DNA of 10,934 nucleotides from a bacterium (lineage in GTDB: Bacteria > Hydrothermota > 32-111), in NCBI GenBank assembly GCA_046484245.1, contig JAWOBN010000047.1, positions 1 to 10,934 on the forward strand, in the 5' to 3' direction. Position 1 is the stretch's first letter, and the number at the start of each line of letters is the position of its first letter. Below are positions 10,123 through 10,934 of this stretch, in pieces. Under the pieces are notes generated by a model. The model worked only from the letters and a program-made list of their open reading frames with translations, was not told the DNA's origin and searched no databases. The position numbers and the translations under genes are program-made.

Positions 10123-10150
10123 AGTATAATGGAAATATTGACTGTATCAA
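10123..10150 (-). promoter_or_regulatory. Putative sigma70 promoter for capA-like gene (leaderless geometry)
   Basis: On the minus strand: TTGATA (10150-10145), 16 nt, TATACT (10128-10123), then 7 nt to ATG 10115. Confidence 0.65.
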
Positions 10151-10204
10151 GGGATTTGGTTTTTATTGTGGATTTCCGGCAGGTGCCGGAGAACCCCAAT
10201 TCAG

Positions 10205-10239
10205 GTCAATGGTTTATGGTTAATAGTCAATAGTCAATA
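10205..10239. repeat. Degenerate heptamer tandem repeat (STRR-like), 5 units
   Basis: GTCAATG GTTTATG GTTAATA GTCAATA GTCAATA. Confidence 0.75.
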
Positions 10240-10302
10240 TGATGAGAAGACATGAAAGAACTGAAATCATAGGAATCCACTTATTGCCCAACATCAATAT
10301 TT

Positions 10303-10338
10303 ACCAGTAACCAGCATACCAGTCACAAGCAACTAATT
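10303..10338. repeat. Degenerate heptamer tandem repeat, 5 units, inverted relative to 10205-10239
   Basis: ACCAGTA ACCAGCA (T) ACCAGTC ACAAGCA ACTAATT. Confidence 0.6.
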
Positions 10339-10341
10339 CTG

Positions 10342-10934
10342 TCGCTGTCGCTCACTGTTCGATTCCACGGGGCATCCGCTTCTCCGCTTGGCAATGCTTC
10401 TTGATAAGCTGTGAGTTCTGCGCATTGAGAACCCCTGCTCATCCTTCACTCCGTTGTACGTTGTACGTTTTCCGTTGTACGTGAGCAAACTTGTTTGCGA
10501 TTCACGCCTACCGACGAAAGATTGATTAGAGAATATGTATAGTATAACGGCTTCGCCGAAGAACCCCTGCTCATCCTTCACTCCGTTGTACGTTGTACGT
10601 TTTCCGTTGTACGTGAGCAAACTTGTTTGCGATTCACGCCTCCGGGGAAAGCTGACAGGTGCATCGCATAGTTTACCCGGCTTCGCCGAAGAACCCCTGC
10701 GGGATAATGTTGCGCATCATATTCGCTTCGCTCATGTTCGATTCCACGGGGCATAAAAAAAGGCAGGATATTCATCCTGCCTTTCATTATACGCCTACCG
10801 ACGAAAGATTGATTGGGAAATATGTATAGTATAACGGCTTCGCCGAAGAACCCCTGCGGGATAATGTTGCGCATCATATTCGCTTCGCTCATGTTCGATT
10901 CCACGGGGCATAAAAAAAGGCAGGATATTCATCC
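10342..10934. repeat. Modular non-coding direct-repeat array (tRNA-linked/REP-like), truncated by window end
   Basis: Exact 82-bp repeat 10428-10509 = 10560-10641. Exact 100-bp repeat 10678-10777 = 10835-10934. 64/67 repeat 10504-10570 ~ 10791-10857. The 23-mer CGGCTTCGCCGAAGAACCCCTGC occurs at 10548, 10678 and 10835. The 20-mer TGTTCGATTCCACGGGGCAT occurs at 10356, 10735 and 10892. Confidence 0.93.
10755..10784 (-). terminator. Intrinsic terminator within repeat array (second, truncated copy from 10912)
   Basis: AAAGGCAGGAT-attc-ATCCTGCCTTT hairpin. On the minus strand the GC-rich stem is followed by T7. Confidence 0.8.

Noticed and set aside
10116..10199. N-terminal extension of the CapA ORF to 10199
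   Set aside because: It spans the predicted promoter and a repeat hairpin, and the signal peptide begins at ATG 10115.
10641..10648. Similarity of TCCGGGGA in the array to the RAYT IR core CCGGGGA
   Set aside because: The match is only 7 bp and lacks the invariant GACGGT, so it is not evidence that the array and IRs belong to the same family. The RAYT-array link remains an inference from proximity.
10735..10754. tRNA gene suggested by T-loop-like GTTCGATTCC (also at 10356 and 10892)
   Set aside because: There is no pairing T-stem 5' arm, D-arm, anticodon arm or acceptor stem. It is only a fragmentary motif.
10333..10904. ORFs 10333-10620(-), 10535-10756(+), 10578-10904(-)
   Set aside because: These are translations of the DNA repeats in different frames. 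One crosses the internal terminator, and none has recognisable protein motifs.
10428..10934. CRISPR array (23-bp repeat recurring every 130-157 bp)
   Set aside because: The intervening sequences are over 100 bp and are themselves repeated rather than unique spacers, and there are no cas genes in the window.

Overview
Bacterial genomic window. The C-terminal sorting-domain protein at the left end suggests an FCB-group-like lineage (inference). From left to right it contains: (1) the 3' end of a + strand secreted protein with a T9SS-type C-terminal sorting domain, followed by a bidirectional terminator; (2) a minus-strand three-gene surface-glycan unit (SLBB protein, gmd, glycerol-1-phosphate-dehydrogenase-like enzyme); (3) a tightly overlapping minus-strand operon, panD-lipA-divergent Mrp/NBP35-TIM barrel-map-M18 aminopeptidase, behind a consensus sigma70 promoter; (4) a REP-associated (Y1/HUH) tyrosine transposase gene bracketed by a 20-bp inverted-repeat pair; (5) a probably leaderless CapA-family metallophosphatase gene; (6) a non-coding modular repeat array of about 0.75 kb that runs off the right edge. 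The array is built from shuffled blocks containing GCGAAGC mini-hairpins, heptamer tandem repeats, tRNA-end-like motifs and terminators. The IR-flanked RAYT cassette and this array are the most interesting elements.
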